The notes under the pieces: model-generated
What the model was told of the DNA's origin: nothing
Databases searched by the model: none
The model's input: the letters and a program-made list of their open reading frames with translations, nothing else
Position numbers and translations under genes: made by a program
DNA from: the human T2T-CHM13v2.0 reference genome, Homo sapiens
Length of the DNA stretch: 64,000 bases
NCBI GenBank assembly: GCA_009914755.4
Contig: CP086569.2
Location: 15,040,001 to 15,104,000 of the forward strand
Direction: 5' to 3'
Shown here: positions 26,618 through 39,665 of the stretch, in pieces
How the letters are laid out: every line of letters begins with the position of its first letter
Numbering within the stretch: the first letter of the stretch is position 1

Positions 26618-28050
26618 ATGGGCAGTTTTTTCTTTCAGATGGAAAATATTCAGGCTTCAACAAGCTCACCCTTGAAATTCATTGTAAGCCATTGGGACCA
26701 ATTTGATCCACAAATCCTGAAAAAGAAGTGGCTTATTTTTGTTTTCTGCCCCCAGTATTTTCTCTCTGATGGGGAAAAATGGCCACCTGAGGGAAGTATA
26801 AATGACTATACTATCCTGTAGCTTGACCTTTTCTGTAAGAGGGAAGGCTAATGGAGTGAAATAGTTTATGTCCAAGATTTCTTTTCATCGAAGGATAATC
26901 CACAACTATGCAAAGCTTGCAAATTACATTCCACAGGAGGACCTCTCAGATTACCTTCATATCCTGCCTCCTTACAGCTCTTCTTCCTATTAATGATAAG
27001 CCTCCTCTAATTTCCCCACCCAGAAGAAAACAAGCAAATAAATCTCCAAGGTACCACAAACCCCCTGGGCTATCAGTTATGCCCCCTTCAAGCTGTAGTG
27101 GGGGAAGGGAATTTGGCCCAACCTGGATACATGTCCCCTTCTTTCTCTCTGATATAAAGCAGATCAAGGTAGACCCAGGGAAGTTTTCAGATGATCCTGA
27201 TATGTATATAAATGTCCTACAGGGTCTAGGGCAAACATTCACTCTCACTTGGAGAGATGTCATGCTATTATTAGATCAAACCTGCCTCTAAAGAAAAGAA
27301 TGTGACTTTACCTGCAGCCTGAGACTTTGGAGATACCTGGTATGTTAGTCTAGTAAATGATAGAATGACAGCTGAAGAAGGGAACAAATTCCCTACTGGT
27401 CAGCAAGCCTTCCCCCATATGGATCCCCACTGGAAACCTAGACTGAGATTATGGGGAATGGAGTTGCAAACACCTGTTTTCCTGGTTCTAGAAGGACTAA
27501 GGATAATTAGGAAAAAGCCCATGAATTATTCAGTGATGTCCACCATAACTGAGGGAAAGGAAGAAAATCCTACCACTTTCCTCAATAGACTATGGGAGGC
27601 CTTAAGCAAATATAATCCCCTGTCTCCCAACACTTTTGAGGGTCAATTGATCCTAAAAGATAAGTTTATTACCTAATCAGCTGCAGAGATCAGGAGAAAG
27701 CTCCAAAAGCTAGCCCTGGGCCCTGAACAAAATTTGGAGGTATTATTAAACCTGGCAACCTCAGTGTTCTATAATAGGGACTAAGAGGAACAGGACAAAA
27801 AAGAAAAGCCAGAAAAGAGAAAGGCCACAGCCTTTGTCATGGCCCTCGGACAAACAAACCTTGGGGGTTAAGAGAAGACAGAAAACGGAGCAGGCCAATC
27901 AGCCAGTAGCATTTGTTTTCAGTGTGGTTTACAATAAAACCTTAAAGAAGATTGTCCAACAAGAAGCAAAATTCATCCTCGCCAATGTCCACTAAGCCAG
28001 GGCAATCACTGGAAGATGCACTATCCCAGAGGACAAAGGTTCTCTGAGCC
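26618..28050 (+). pseudogene. HERV-H gag remnant (MA, CA, NC) with multiple stops and frameshifts
   Basis: ORF 26585-26821 reads 'MGSFFFQMENIQASTSSPLKFIVSHWDQFDPQILKKKWLIFVFCPQYFLSDGEKWPPEGSINDYTIL', a gamma-like MA N-terminus comparable to HERV-W/H gag. ORF 27365-27676 reads '...LWEALSKYNPLSPNTFEGQLILKDKFIT', a CA major-homology-like region. A Cys-His box remnant lies at about 27910-27960. Confidence 0.8.
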
Positions 28051-28099
28051 AAAAGCCCCCAAGCACATGATCCAACGACAGGAATGAGGGTGCCCAAGG

Positions 28100-28480
28100 C
28101 AAGTGCCAGCTCATGACATCATGCTCACTGAGCCCCAGGTAAGTTAACCATTGAGGGCCAGGAAATTAACTTCTTCTTGGACATGGTTGGGGCTTTCTCA
28201 GTGTTAATCTCCTGCCCTGGACGGCTGTCCCCATGGTCTGTTGCCAACCCAGGAATCCTGGGTTAGCCTGTAACCAGGTATTTCTCCCACCTCCTCAGTT
28301 GTAACTGGGAGACTTATCTCTTTTCATGTGCCTTTCTCGTTATGTCTGAAAGTCCCACACCCTTATTAGGGAGAGACCTATTAGCTAAAGCTGGAACTAT
28401 TATCTATATGAATATGAGGAAAAAGTAACATATTTGTTGTCCCCTGCTGGAGAAAGGAATCAACCCTGAAGTCTGGGCAT
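28100..28480 (+). pseudogene. Retroviral protease remnant
   Basis: 'FLDMVGAFSVL' at about 28177-28210 is a degenerate version of the 'LLDTGA.HSVL' active-site motif. Confidence 0.5.
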
Positions 28481-28499
28481 TGGAAGGACAATTCTAAAG

Positions 28500-31400
28500 G
28501 GCAAAAATCCCTACCCAGTCCCAATCAGGCTAAAAGACCCCACCACTTTTCCTTATCAAAGACAATATCCCTTAAGGCCCAAAGTTCATAAGGGATTACA
28601 GGATATTGTTAGATATTTAAAAGTTCAAGTCTTATTAAGAAAATGCAGCAGTCCCTGCCACACCCCAATTCTAGGAGTACAAAAGCCAAACGGTCACTGG
28701 ACCCTAGTGCAAGATCTTAGACTCAAAAATGAGGCAATAATTCCTCTATATCCAGTTGTACCCAGCCCCTATATACTGCTCTCTCAAATATCAGAGGAAG
28801 CAGAATGGTTCACTGTTCTGAACCTCAAGGATGCCTTTTTCTGCATTCTCCTGCACTCTGACTCCCAGTTTCTCTTTGCCTTTGGGGATCCTAAAGCACA
28901 CCTCCCAACTTACTTCGACAGTCTTGCCTCAAGGTTTTAGGGATAGCCCTCATTGTTTGGTCAGGCACTGGCCCAAGATCTAGGCCACTCCTCAAGTCCA
29001 GGCACTCTGGTCCTTTAGTATGTGGATGATTTACTTTTGGCTACCAGTTTGAAAGCCTCATGCTGACAGGCTACTCTAGATACCTTGAACTTTCTAGCTA
29101 ATCAAGGGTATATGTCCTCTAAATTTAAGGTCCAGCTCTGCCTAAAACAAGTTAAATATCTAGGCCTAATCAAAACCAGAGGTGCCAGGGCCCTCAGCAA
29201 TGAATGAATACAGCTATACTCACTTGTCCTTGCCCTAAAACATTAAAACCATTGCAGGGGTTCCTTGGGATCATCAGCTTTTGCTGACTATGAATACCTA
29301 GATACAGTGAGATGGCCAGGTGATTCTACACTCTAATCAAGGAGACCCAGAGGGCAAATACCAATCTAGTATAATGGGAACCAGAGGCAGAAACAGCCTT
29401 CAAAACCTTAAAGCAGGCCCTAGTACCAGCACCAGCCTTATGCCTTCCCAAAGGAACTTCTCTTTATACATCACAGAAAGAGCATGAATAACTCTTGGCA
29501 TCTTTACCCAGACTCATGGGACAACCCCATAACCAGTGGCATACCTAAGTAAGGAGACTGACGTAGTAGCAAAAGGCTGACCTCACTGTTTATGGGTAGT
29601 TGTGGTGGTGGCCATCTTAGCATCAGAGGCTATCAAAATAAAACAAGGGAAGGATCCTACTGTCTGGACTACTCATGAAGTAAATGGCTAGTAGGTACCA
29701 AAGGAAATTTATGGCTATCAGACAACTGCCTGCTTAGACATAAAGTAGTACTCCTTGAAGGACTGGTGCTTCAAATACACACATGTGGGCCCTCAACCCT
29801 GCTACTTTTCTCCCAGAGAATGGGGAACCAATAGAGTATGACTCCCAACAAATTGTAGCCCAGATTTTGCTGCCTGTGAGGATCTCTCAGAAGTCCCCTC
29901 AGCTAATTCTGACCTTAACATATATAGCATTGGAAGTTAATTTGTGGAGAATGAGATATCAAGGGCAGGTTATGCCATAGTTAGTGTTGTAACAGTACTT
30001 GAAAGTAAGACTCTTCCCCCAGGGACCTGTGCCCAGTTAGTGGAATTATTGGTGTTTACCCAAGCCTTAGAACTGGGAAAGGGAAAAAGATTAAATGTGA
30101 ATACAGATAGCAACTACACTTATCTAATCCTACATGCCCATGCTGCAATATAGAAGGAAAGGGAGTTCCTAATCTCTGGGGGAACCCCCATTAAATACCA
30201 CAAGGAAATCATGGAGTTACTGCACACAGTGCAAAAACCCAAGGAGGTGGCAATCTTACACTGCTGAAGCCATCAAAAAAGTGAAGGAGAAAAAGCCATA
30301 AAAAAGGAGAAGAAGGAAAATGTCAGGCAGACACTGAGGCCAAAATTTCTGCCACACAGAACCTCCCATTAGAAATACCCATGGAAGTGCCCTTGGTATG
30401 GAACAACCCTCCCCAAGATATTAAGCCCCATTATTTCCCAACTGAAACAGAATGGGGCATTTCACGGAGGCATAGTTTTCTCCCCTCAGGATGGGTAATG
30501 ACATAAAAGTGAAAGGTTCACAAAAAAGGTTCACCCAAAGCCAGCCAGTGGAAAATACTTAAGACCCTCCACCAAACTTTTCATATGGGTATTGAGAATA
30601 CTCATAAAATGTCCAAGTCCCTATTTACAGGGCCAAATCTCCTCCAGAACATCTGGCAAGTAATCAAAGCCTGTGAGGTGTGCCAAAGGAATAATCCCTT
30701 GGTCCATTGTAAGGCTCCTCTGGGGGAGCAAAGAATAGGGCACTATCCCAGAGAGGACTGGCAGTTAGACTTCACCCATATGCCTAAGTCAAGGGGATTT
30801 CAATACTTGCTGGTCTATGTTGATACCTATACAAATTGGATAGAAGCTTTCCCCTGCAAGAGAGAGAAGACTCAGGAAGTGGTTAAAGTCATAATTCATG
30901 AAATAATTCTTAGATTTGGGCTTCCCCAAAACTTATAAAGTGACAATGTTTTGGCCTTTAAAGCCATGATAACTCAGGGAATTTCCAGGGTGCTAGGGAT
31001 ACAATATCATCTCCATTGCACCTGGAGGCCACAATCCTCAGGGAAGGTCGAGAAGGCAAATGAAACACTCAAGGTGCACATAAAGAATCTAACACAGGAA
31101 AGTCGTCTCCTATGGTCTACTCTCTTGCCTATGGCCTTGTTGAGAAACAAAAATTCTCCTCACAAAATGGGGCCCAGTGCACATAAAATGCTGTATGGAT
31201 GACCATTTCTCACAAATGTCCTCCTACTTGATCAGGAAACAGCCAACTTGGTCAAGGACATAACTTCTTTGGCAAATTATCAACAAAACCTTAAAAACCT
31301 ACCTGAAGAATGTCATGGAGAAAAGGAAACAGAGTTGTTCTAACCATGAGATCTAGTGTCGGTCTAGTCCCTCCCCTCTACCTCCCCATCTATGGATTCC

Positions 31401-31600
31401 TCGAGGGAAGAATCATACTCGGTAATCCTCTCTACCCCCACTGCAGTTAAGGTGGCAGGAGTGGAATATTGGATTCACCATATCCGAGTTAAACTTTCAG
31501 CACCCCCTAGGAACCTGTGGAACCATCAGCTCAGGAGTCCCAAGATCAGCCAGACCAGCCTTGATACACCCACAAACCATTGGAGGACTTTTGTCTCCTA
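28500..31600 (+). pseudogene. HERV-H pol remnant (RT, RNase H, integrase), multiply disrupted
   Basis: ORF 28707-28940 reads 'VQDLRLKNEAIIPLYPVVPSPYILLSQISEEAEWFTVLNLKDAFFCILLHSDSQFLFAFGDP', the RT fingers and palm. A 'YVDDLLLA' motif is encoded at about 29011-29034. 'NVNTDSNYTYLILHAHAAI' at about 30090-30150 is RNase H. ORF 30585-30938 carries the HHCC zinc motif and 'DFTHMP' (integrase). '...QSSGKVEKANETLK' lies at about 31040 and 'GVEYWIHHIRVK' at about 31450. Confidence 0.85.
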
Positions 31601-31801
31601 TTTTGGAAGGAAACATCCCAGACTAAAAAGGCTCCTATAGCTGATCCTAAGGAAAAACCTCTTCCTATTTTAAAAGTTAAGTGAAAACCTACATAATCTT
31701 TAACACCTCTCCTTGCCTCTTTAATATACTCCTTTACTGTTTCATCCCTTTATTAAGCAGTATACTAACCACACTCTTTGCAGTTGGACTATATACTGTA
31801 G

Positions 31802-32145
<344 letters not shown>

Positions 32146-32195
32146 TATCCTTTCTGACAGCAATTTACTCCTACCTTTAACTCAGACTAAATAAA

Positions 32196-33898
32196 ATGAT
32201 CTCATTTTCCAGGACAACCTCTTTACCTTCCTACTTGCTCTTTGCCCATCTATCACTCCTGCTTCCTTGGAAACCCCATGCAGTCTCCCCTCCCCTTCCA
32301 CTAGCTTCTAGTTACCTCTACAAATTTCTCAACTTAACCCACTCTCTGTTAAACGAGTCCAATCCTTCCCTGGCAAATGACTGTTGGCTTTATATCTCTC
32401 TATCAGCCACTGCTTGTGTTGCCACTCCCATTCCCTCAAAAAAACTGGGTCTTTACTAACTTAATCTACTTATGAAGGCAGTGACCCTTTCCAACTTCTA
32501 AATATGCAATCATAAGCCAAATTCCCCAACTCTGATAGGACCAAAAATACCCTAACAGGACAAGCAATCCAGCTTTTACATTCTTACATTTTTAACCTCA
32601 CCTAGTACATGAGCAATAAAAAGCCCATACATGGCCCCGTAACCACAAATACCATCTTAACTTTCCAAGCCCTTTTATGCTTCCAGTGCAACCTGTTATC
32701 AGGCCTGCCCCTGGGCACCTATTATTTCACCTACACCCTACAACTTCAAGACCCAACTGATCTTAGTAACTTCCGAGTCACCCGAACAGCTCCATTCAGG
32801 CAGCTTGTCTGCTTTTCAGGGACCCCCAAAACCATCACCTCCTCCCTGCTTAACAAACAGTCCAGGTTTTGTAATGGCAAATATACTCCCTGCATGACCA
32901 TTCACCTCTGGAACCCTGCAGCAGCGCCCCCCCCCACTGATGAATGCCTTCTCATTCCCCTCTTTCAATCACTTTTTTGAATGGTTCCTAGCAGATACAA
33001 AACATTTTTTTCTCCAGTGGGAACATAGAACACAGGGAGCCACTCAGTTTGCTCCCAACACCCTTTTCCAGCCACTCACTGGGATACTTTGGCAATTACT
33101 CCAGGAGTACGGGAAAATGAAAACAACAAACTCATATACCTTTTTAACATACACAACCAGTTCTGTCTACCGAGCCAAGGCATATTCTTCTTATGTGGAA
33201 CTTCAACCTACATCTGCCTACCCCCCAACTCGACAGACACTTGCACCTTAGTTTTCCTAAGTCCCAACATTGACATTGCCCTAGGAAATCAGACCCTATC
33301 AATGCCCTTCAAAGCTTAAGTCCATCAGTGCAGGGCCACACAACTAACGCCCCTTCTTATAGGGTTTGGGAATGGCCACTGCTACAGGAACTGCAATAGC
33401 CAGTATATCTAGTTCATTATCCTACTACCACACACTCTCAAAGGATTTTCAGACAGTTTTCAAGAAATAACAAAATCTATCCTTACTCTTCAATCCCAAA
33501 CAGACTCTTTGGTAGCAGTGACTCTCCAAAACTGCCAAAGCCTAGACATCCTCACTGCTGAGAAAGGAGGACTTTGTACCTTCTTGAAGAGTGTTGTTTT
33601 TACAGTAACTAATCTGGGATAGTAGAAACACTGCCTGGCATTAAAGGAAAAGGCTTTTGAAATCAGACAACCCCTTTCAAACTCTTATACCAACCTCTGG
33701 AGTTGGATGACATGGCTTCTCCCATTTCTAGGTCCCGTGACAGCCATCTTGCTGTTACTCACCTTAAAGCCCTGTATTTTTAACCTCCTTGTCAAATTTG
33801 TTTCCTCCAGGATTGAGGCCATCAAGCTACAGATGGTCTTACAAATGGAAATCCAAATGAGCTCAACTCACAAATTCTACCGAGGAGCCCTGGACTGA
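32196..33898 (+). pseudogene. HERV-H env remnant of near full length (SU plus TM), multiply disrupted
   Basis: ORF 32196-32459 contains '...SYLYKFLNLTHSLLNESNPSLANDCWLYISLSATA', which matches the HERV-H Env N-terminus. 'QGIFFLCGTSTYICLPPNSTDTCTLVFLSPNI' lies at about 33200. An immunosuppressive-domain-like 'LQNCQSLDILTAEKGGLCTFL' lies at about 33517-33590. The TM membrane anchor and tail 'LLLLTLKPCIFNLLVKFVSSRIEAIKLQMVLQME' lies at 33707-33898. Confidence 0.85.
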
Positions 33899-34029
33899 TC
33901 CACTGACCTTTTGACTGGCCTAAGGAGTTCCCCTCTGGAAGACACTACAACTACAGAGCTCTTTCTTCACTCTTTTCTGCAGAAAGTAGCTACTGCAGTC
34001 ATTGCCTTCTTCCCAACAGCAGTTGAGGG

Positions 34030-34479
34030 TGTCATGTTTAGAGAGGGGATTGAGAGTTGAGGCCACCTGGACTTCCTGGGTCGAGCGGGGACTTTTCTGT
34101 CTTACCAGAGGATTGTAAAAAACACCAATCAGAGCTCTGTAAAATGCACCAATTAGCAGAATTCTAAAAGTAGCCAGTTGTGGGGAGGATTGAATAAAGG
34201 TCACTCTGATAGGACAGAAATGGAACACGGGTGAGGACAAGAAGAGAATAAAAACTGGCCACCCCAGCCAGCAGCCGCAGCCTGCTTGGGTCCCCTTCCA
34301 TGCTGTTTTAAGCTTTGTGCTTCTGCTCTTCACAATAAACCTTGCTACTGCTCCTTCTTTGGGTCTGTGCCATCTTTAAGAGCTGTAACACTCAACATGA
34401 AGGTCTACGGCTTCATTCTTGAAGTCAGGGAGACAATGAACCCACCAGCAGGAACCAACTCCGGACACCCATGTTGTCA
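34030..34479 (+). repeat. HERV-H 3' LTR (about 450 bp) with only about 2 CCAAT units
   Basis: Homologous to the 5' LTR at about 85% identity but about 150 bp shorter in the U3 repeat array. Confidence 0.85.
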
Positions 34480-36892
34480 TGGGTGAGATTAATGGCTATA
34501 GAAACTGAACATTGCAGGCAATCCTAAAAATAAGAACAAACTGCTGGGAAACCAGTTTTGAACTATGTATCCAAATGAAAGAAACTCCTATACCCTTTGA
34601 CTCAGAATCCAAATTTATAGGAATTCATCCTAAAAGCTATTTAAAATAGAATAAAAACGTTTGGGTAAGGATGTTCATATGGTAAAAATTACCAGCTTAT
34701 CATACATCTAGCAAGAGTGGAGACACTAAACAAACTAGAATACATTTGCTTGATGGATATTTTTAAGACATTGTAGCCACTGAGAATATTTTGTGTCGCC
34801 CTATGGAAGGAAGGCAGCTTGGACACTCCCTTTTCTTTCAGTTCTTCTTTGGCAACATCACACCCACAGTATGTTGGAAAAGTATGAAAGCATGTCCTAG
34901 ATCTTGAATTTGCCTGAGATTTTCAGGCGACAGGGTAGGAAAACCTAGTGTTTATTGTCTGTACTCCCAGGCAAAACACTGTAACCTAGGATGTAGAAGA
35001 ATGATAATACATCCTTAAAACTTGGAGCAAAGGCATCTAAGTCTCTTCTCTGGTAGGATTTTCTGAACCCTCTCTGTTTTACACTGGAGACTTGAGAAGC
35101 CACTGAAGCCAGTGGATATGAGTCTCAATAGATTCCGCACAATTTTATGTCCAAGGAACCATGGAAGATGTCTCCCAAGAAATAAAAAGGGAGGTTGGCT
35201 ACAGCTTTCTCTTTGCTCAGAGCCAGACCATAAGAAGTACAGCCTTCCTGGCCATCAGCTAGTACCTGGGTTATCAACAGGGTGCCCCCAATAGGGGTCT
35301 AGATATGACCTCTTGCAAGCTGGCAAAAGGAAAGTGCATTTCATTGAAGGGGACTGTGTAGTGTACAGTACTAGGGCTGAGGCTCATGAATACAGCCAAC
35401 AGTTTATGTTCAAGTTGAAATAATGGGCAGGAAAGAAGAAAAATTTCACAACAGTTCTAAGAATTTTAAAGAAGTTATGATTAGAGAGCAACATAGGCTG
35501 CCTGGGTGTAAAACAATGTGTTCCTAAATAAACAAAAAAGTAAACCCAGAAAGAGCAAGGTAATTCTTGAGAACTGAAGAACCTTGCAAAAAAAATTACT
35601 ATAACAAGACAAAAGGAAATGAACATCAAAAGTAAAAAGCTGAGACTTGCGATACAGTGTCTTCAGTGAAGACATTACTGGTATCTTTCCAGGCACAGAA
35701 TATGCAGATAAGTATGTGTTAGGTATTACTACCTTATTTAAGTAAGTTGAATTGCATTATACATATCATTCTTCAATTTGCAACTTTCACTACTATTAGA
35801 GGAGTCAGGTAACATACCAGTATAAAAAGCCCTAGGAAATTAGTTTATGATAGCATTTAGAAGCGTTGACTCCAATTTTGTCTGCTTGAATTCAGATTCT
35901 GCCTCCCCAACTTCCAACCTGTGAGACTTTGGGTAAATTACTGATAGCTTTCTTAAGTGTGAGTTTCCTCTTTTGCAAATGGGCACAAAATATCACTGGC
36001 CTTGTAGGCTAAGTATAAGGATTATTTACATCAAAGCACCTAAGAAAGTAGAAGAATGTTAACCACATAACAAATGCTGTATAATTAGTAACTATCATTG
36101 ACTTACTCTTTTTAAAACAGCACTGTATTTTCTAGAAGTCACTTAACAATGGCCCTCTTCACTAACATTTAGAACCTTTCCTTTATTCCCTCATTGCAAC
36201 AAACTTCTTTGGACATAGTTTTTTGGTCCTTTGTTCACATGCTTGCCACCTTTTAATTAGCATTATTTGGTGTCAAGCTCATTAACCTTGAGGAAATGTA
36301 ACATATTTAAAGGAGTGTTTAAGTCCTGAGGTACACAAATACCCTGGCTGTCTGATTGCATTTAAAATAATGATGCTAATAATGACATTAATAAATAACA
36401 TGTATCAAGCTTTCTAGAGGCACTACTTAGCTTAATGTCAAATCCATTTAAAATGGGACCACCAAGAGTGGGCTGCTTTTTTAAAAACACAATCATGATT
36501 TTGTTTGAAATGAAAAAAAAACTTCTTCTGTTATAGGCATTTATAAAATATTGTACCTTGTAGATCATCTAATTGTACATATTTGTGCATGTTAACTTAT
36601 TTTCTAGATTAAAGTTTCTCTGACAGTTTATATTTCTTTTTTTGTAGTTTTGGTAGCACCAAAGCACCAAAATACTGACTTGCCCCCAAAAGAAAAGTAG
36701 AATAATCACAATTATATTAGTAATCATAGTGGTCTGGCAATAGCAGTGATTATAAGAGAAAACATTTTTTAATACAGAGGTTACAAGCTGTGCTCAGATA
36801 AATAGTTACAGTCCCTGATGTGTTCGTTTGTCCTGTAAAGTGTTTATAAAAATCAAATAAGTTGTAAAAATTTAAAAATCAACATAACATTC

Positions 36893-37203
36893 CGGGCGCG
36901 GTGGCTCACCCCTGTAATCTCAGCACTTTGGGAGTCTGAGGAGGGGGGTGGGTGGATCACGAGGTCAGGAGATCGAGTCCATCCTGGCTAACACAGTGAT
37001 GTTTACACATCTCTACTAAAAATACAAAAATTAGCCGAGTATGGTGGTGGGCGCCTGCAGTCCCAGCTACTCGGGAGGCTGAGGCAGGAGAATGATGTGA
37101 ACCCAGGATGGGGATCTTGCAGTGAGCCGAGATTGCGCCACTGCCCTCCAGCCTGGGCAGCACAGCGAGACTTCGCCTCAAAAAAAAAAAAAAAAAAAAA
37201 AAA
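36893..37203 (+). mobile_element. Alu (AluS/Y-like), full length with an approximately 23 nt poly-A tail
   Basis: 'ccgggcgcggtggctcacccctgtaatctcagcactttgggag...gcctgggcagcacagcgagacttcgcctcaaaaaaaa'. Confidence 0.95.
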
Positions 37204-38788
37204 TCAGCGTAACAGTCAGATTCTGATGCAGTGTCCCTTTAAAAACATGATGATCTGGCAACACAGAGGTCTCCTGCATGGACATCAGTGTTTGGAGGTG
37301 AGAGAATCTCCCCTTTGCAAAGCATGTTCCCTTATACTTCAGAAAAACTTCATTTAGTTTTGCTCTCTGCAGTCCGACTTGTAAGCACTTGAAATACTGT
37401 CTCCTGAGTTAGGTTGTGTCAGCCATTAGAGGAAGGGCTTCGCATTCATTATTTCACTTAATTCACAACATCCTATGAATAGATGCTTTTTAAATATACA
37501 TTTTATAGATGAGAAGACTGAGATTTGAGGAGCTGCGATGAAACTTCCTCAGTGTCACCTAATGCCCAGCTAGGATGTCAGGGAGGATATGAACTAAGGT
37601 TTATTTGACGTCACAACTGAAACGCTTAACTACTATGCTACAAAAATACTCAGTAACACTACAGAAATTAAGCTACATTTGTGACTTATATTCCTAAAGT
37701 TTCTTTCTCGGAGGTTGCTGTGGTATGACCATCTTCTCTTAATGGACATGAGCATTGTCTGTCTGCCTGTTTCTCATTGTTATATCTGAATGGTCTCCAT
37801 TCTGTATCTGTCTTCTTTTCCCCTCATCTTCATTCCTGTAACTCATTCCATCATTATTTTTCTCTCTCACACAGTTCTCTATTTTTCATCTTTTTTTTCT
37901 ATTCCATCCCTAGCTCTCCAAAGATGCAGAAAATAAATATTTTTCATTCCTGTACTCTATTTTGTATAAGAAATACATTTTGCCTGAGTGGAAAGGATTA
38001 TGTTGAACAATTTTATTTTTGAAATATCAGTACCCCTTGGTAGTATACACCCAATTTCCCCTCATTCTCTGCTCACATTCTCATCTGAATTATATCTTCA
38101 TCAGTGAAAACTTATTGTGACCCATGCTTTAAACATCATCCCCTTTGAGTAAAAAGAGAATTCAATTAATCATCCTTTGGGAATAAAGGTATGAATAAGA
38201 TTCAGTTGTTTGAAAAAAAAATCTTTGTCAATTATATGGGACAGAGATACCTATATGCACCTTAACCTAACAGCATTGCCTCACTGTAATTCTCCATTCA
38301 TTGCACAATTCCATTCATCACCATGTAGCTGACATCTGTAAGACACACTCCATGGATCCCAAAGCTTCTGTTGCATTATTCTTCCCCAGGAACAGAAGCT
38401 GGTTTGCTTTCTACTTCTACTTCCTTCTAACCTTCAAAGCAGTGAATGTTCTGATATCTTTTTATTATTTATTACTGGTCTGATCACAACTTAATTACAG
38501 CTTATGTGTGCAATTGCTATCTCATGAAGGCCTTTATTAAGTTATTACTTTTTTAAAGAGTTGTATCTCAACCTCCCCAAGCAAACCTACTTACTGTAGT
38601 GATAATGCATGAAATGCATCTATCATAGTTCACTTCTCATTATAGGTTTGCAATATAGTATCATATCTCCACCCTAAATATTTTTCTTGGTATACGTACT
38701 AAGTTACTTCTTCTTTTTGTTTTAATATTTCAGTCAAAGTGCCTGAAATGCTCTTTCCTTTGTAAAGGACTGGATCACCTATATGGAT

Positions 38789-39160
38789 TGATATGGTTTG
38801 GCTCTGTCCCTGCCCAAATCTCATCTTGAATTGTAGTTCCCATACTCCCCATGTATTCTGGGAGGGACCCGATGGGAGGTAATTGAATCCTGGGGGTGGT
38901 TCCCCCGTGCTATTCTCATGATTGTAAGTTCTCATGCGATCTGATGGTTTTATAATGGGCTTCCCCTTTCACTTGGCTCTTAAACTTCTATTCCTACTGC
39001 CATGGGAGAAGGACATGTTTGCCTCCCCTTCTGCCATGATTGCAAGTTTCCTGAAGCCTCTCCATCCATGCTAAACTGTGAGTCAATTAAAGGCCTTTCC
39101 ATCAGAAATTACTCAGTCTCCAGTATGTCCTTATAGCAGCCTGGAATGGACTAATACATG
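38789..39160 (+). mobile_element. THE1/MST-type MaLR LTR
   Basis: 'tgatatggtttggctctgtccctgcccaaatctcatcttgaattgtagttcccatactccccatgt...gggaggtaattgaatcctggggg...ctaatacat'. Confidence 0.9.
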
Positions 39161-39302
39161 GATCTAGCAAGGGGCTAATTTGACTTGTTAAAAGTTTCAT
39201 TCAATATATGCTGGAAATCTACCATAGCCTCATCCAACTGAAGGATACCACAAATAAAAAGCTTGTAAACCAAACAAAAGCCAAGCAAAATAAATAAACA
39301 GA

Positions 39303-39665
39303 AAACCTGTCTTAATCTGTTTTGTGTTGCTATAACAGAATACCACAGACTGGGTGATTTATTAACAATAGAAGATAAGGTGCCTCTTGGTTTTGGAGAC
39401 TGGGAAGTTCAACAACATGGCACTAGCATCTGGCAAGGACCTTCATTCTGTGTCATTCTGTGATGGAAGGCAGAACAGCAAGAAGGGGTGAAAGTGAGAG
39501 AGGAAGACAGGGCAGAGCTCACTTTTATTATAACTCATTTCTGTGACAAGGAGCCCACTTCCTCAACAATGGCATTAGTCCATGCAAGAAGGTGATCTCA
39601 TGATCTAGTCATCCCTCGAGGGTCTGACTTCTAAATACCATCACAATGACAATTAAATTTCAATA
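39303..39665 (+). mobile_element. LTR-like interspersed repeat (ERVL/MaLR-type; family not named with confidence)
   Basis: Carries the high-copy motif 'tgttgctataacagaataccacagactgggtgatttat...ttggagactgggaagttcaacaacatggcactagcatctggcaagg'. Strand is uncertain. Confidence 0.5.
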
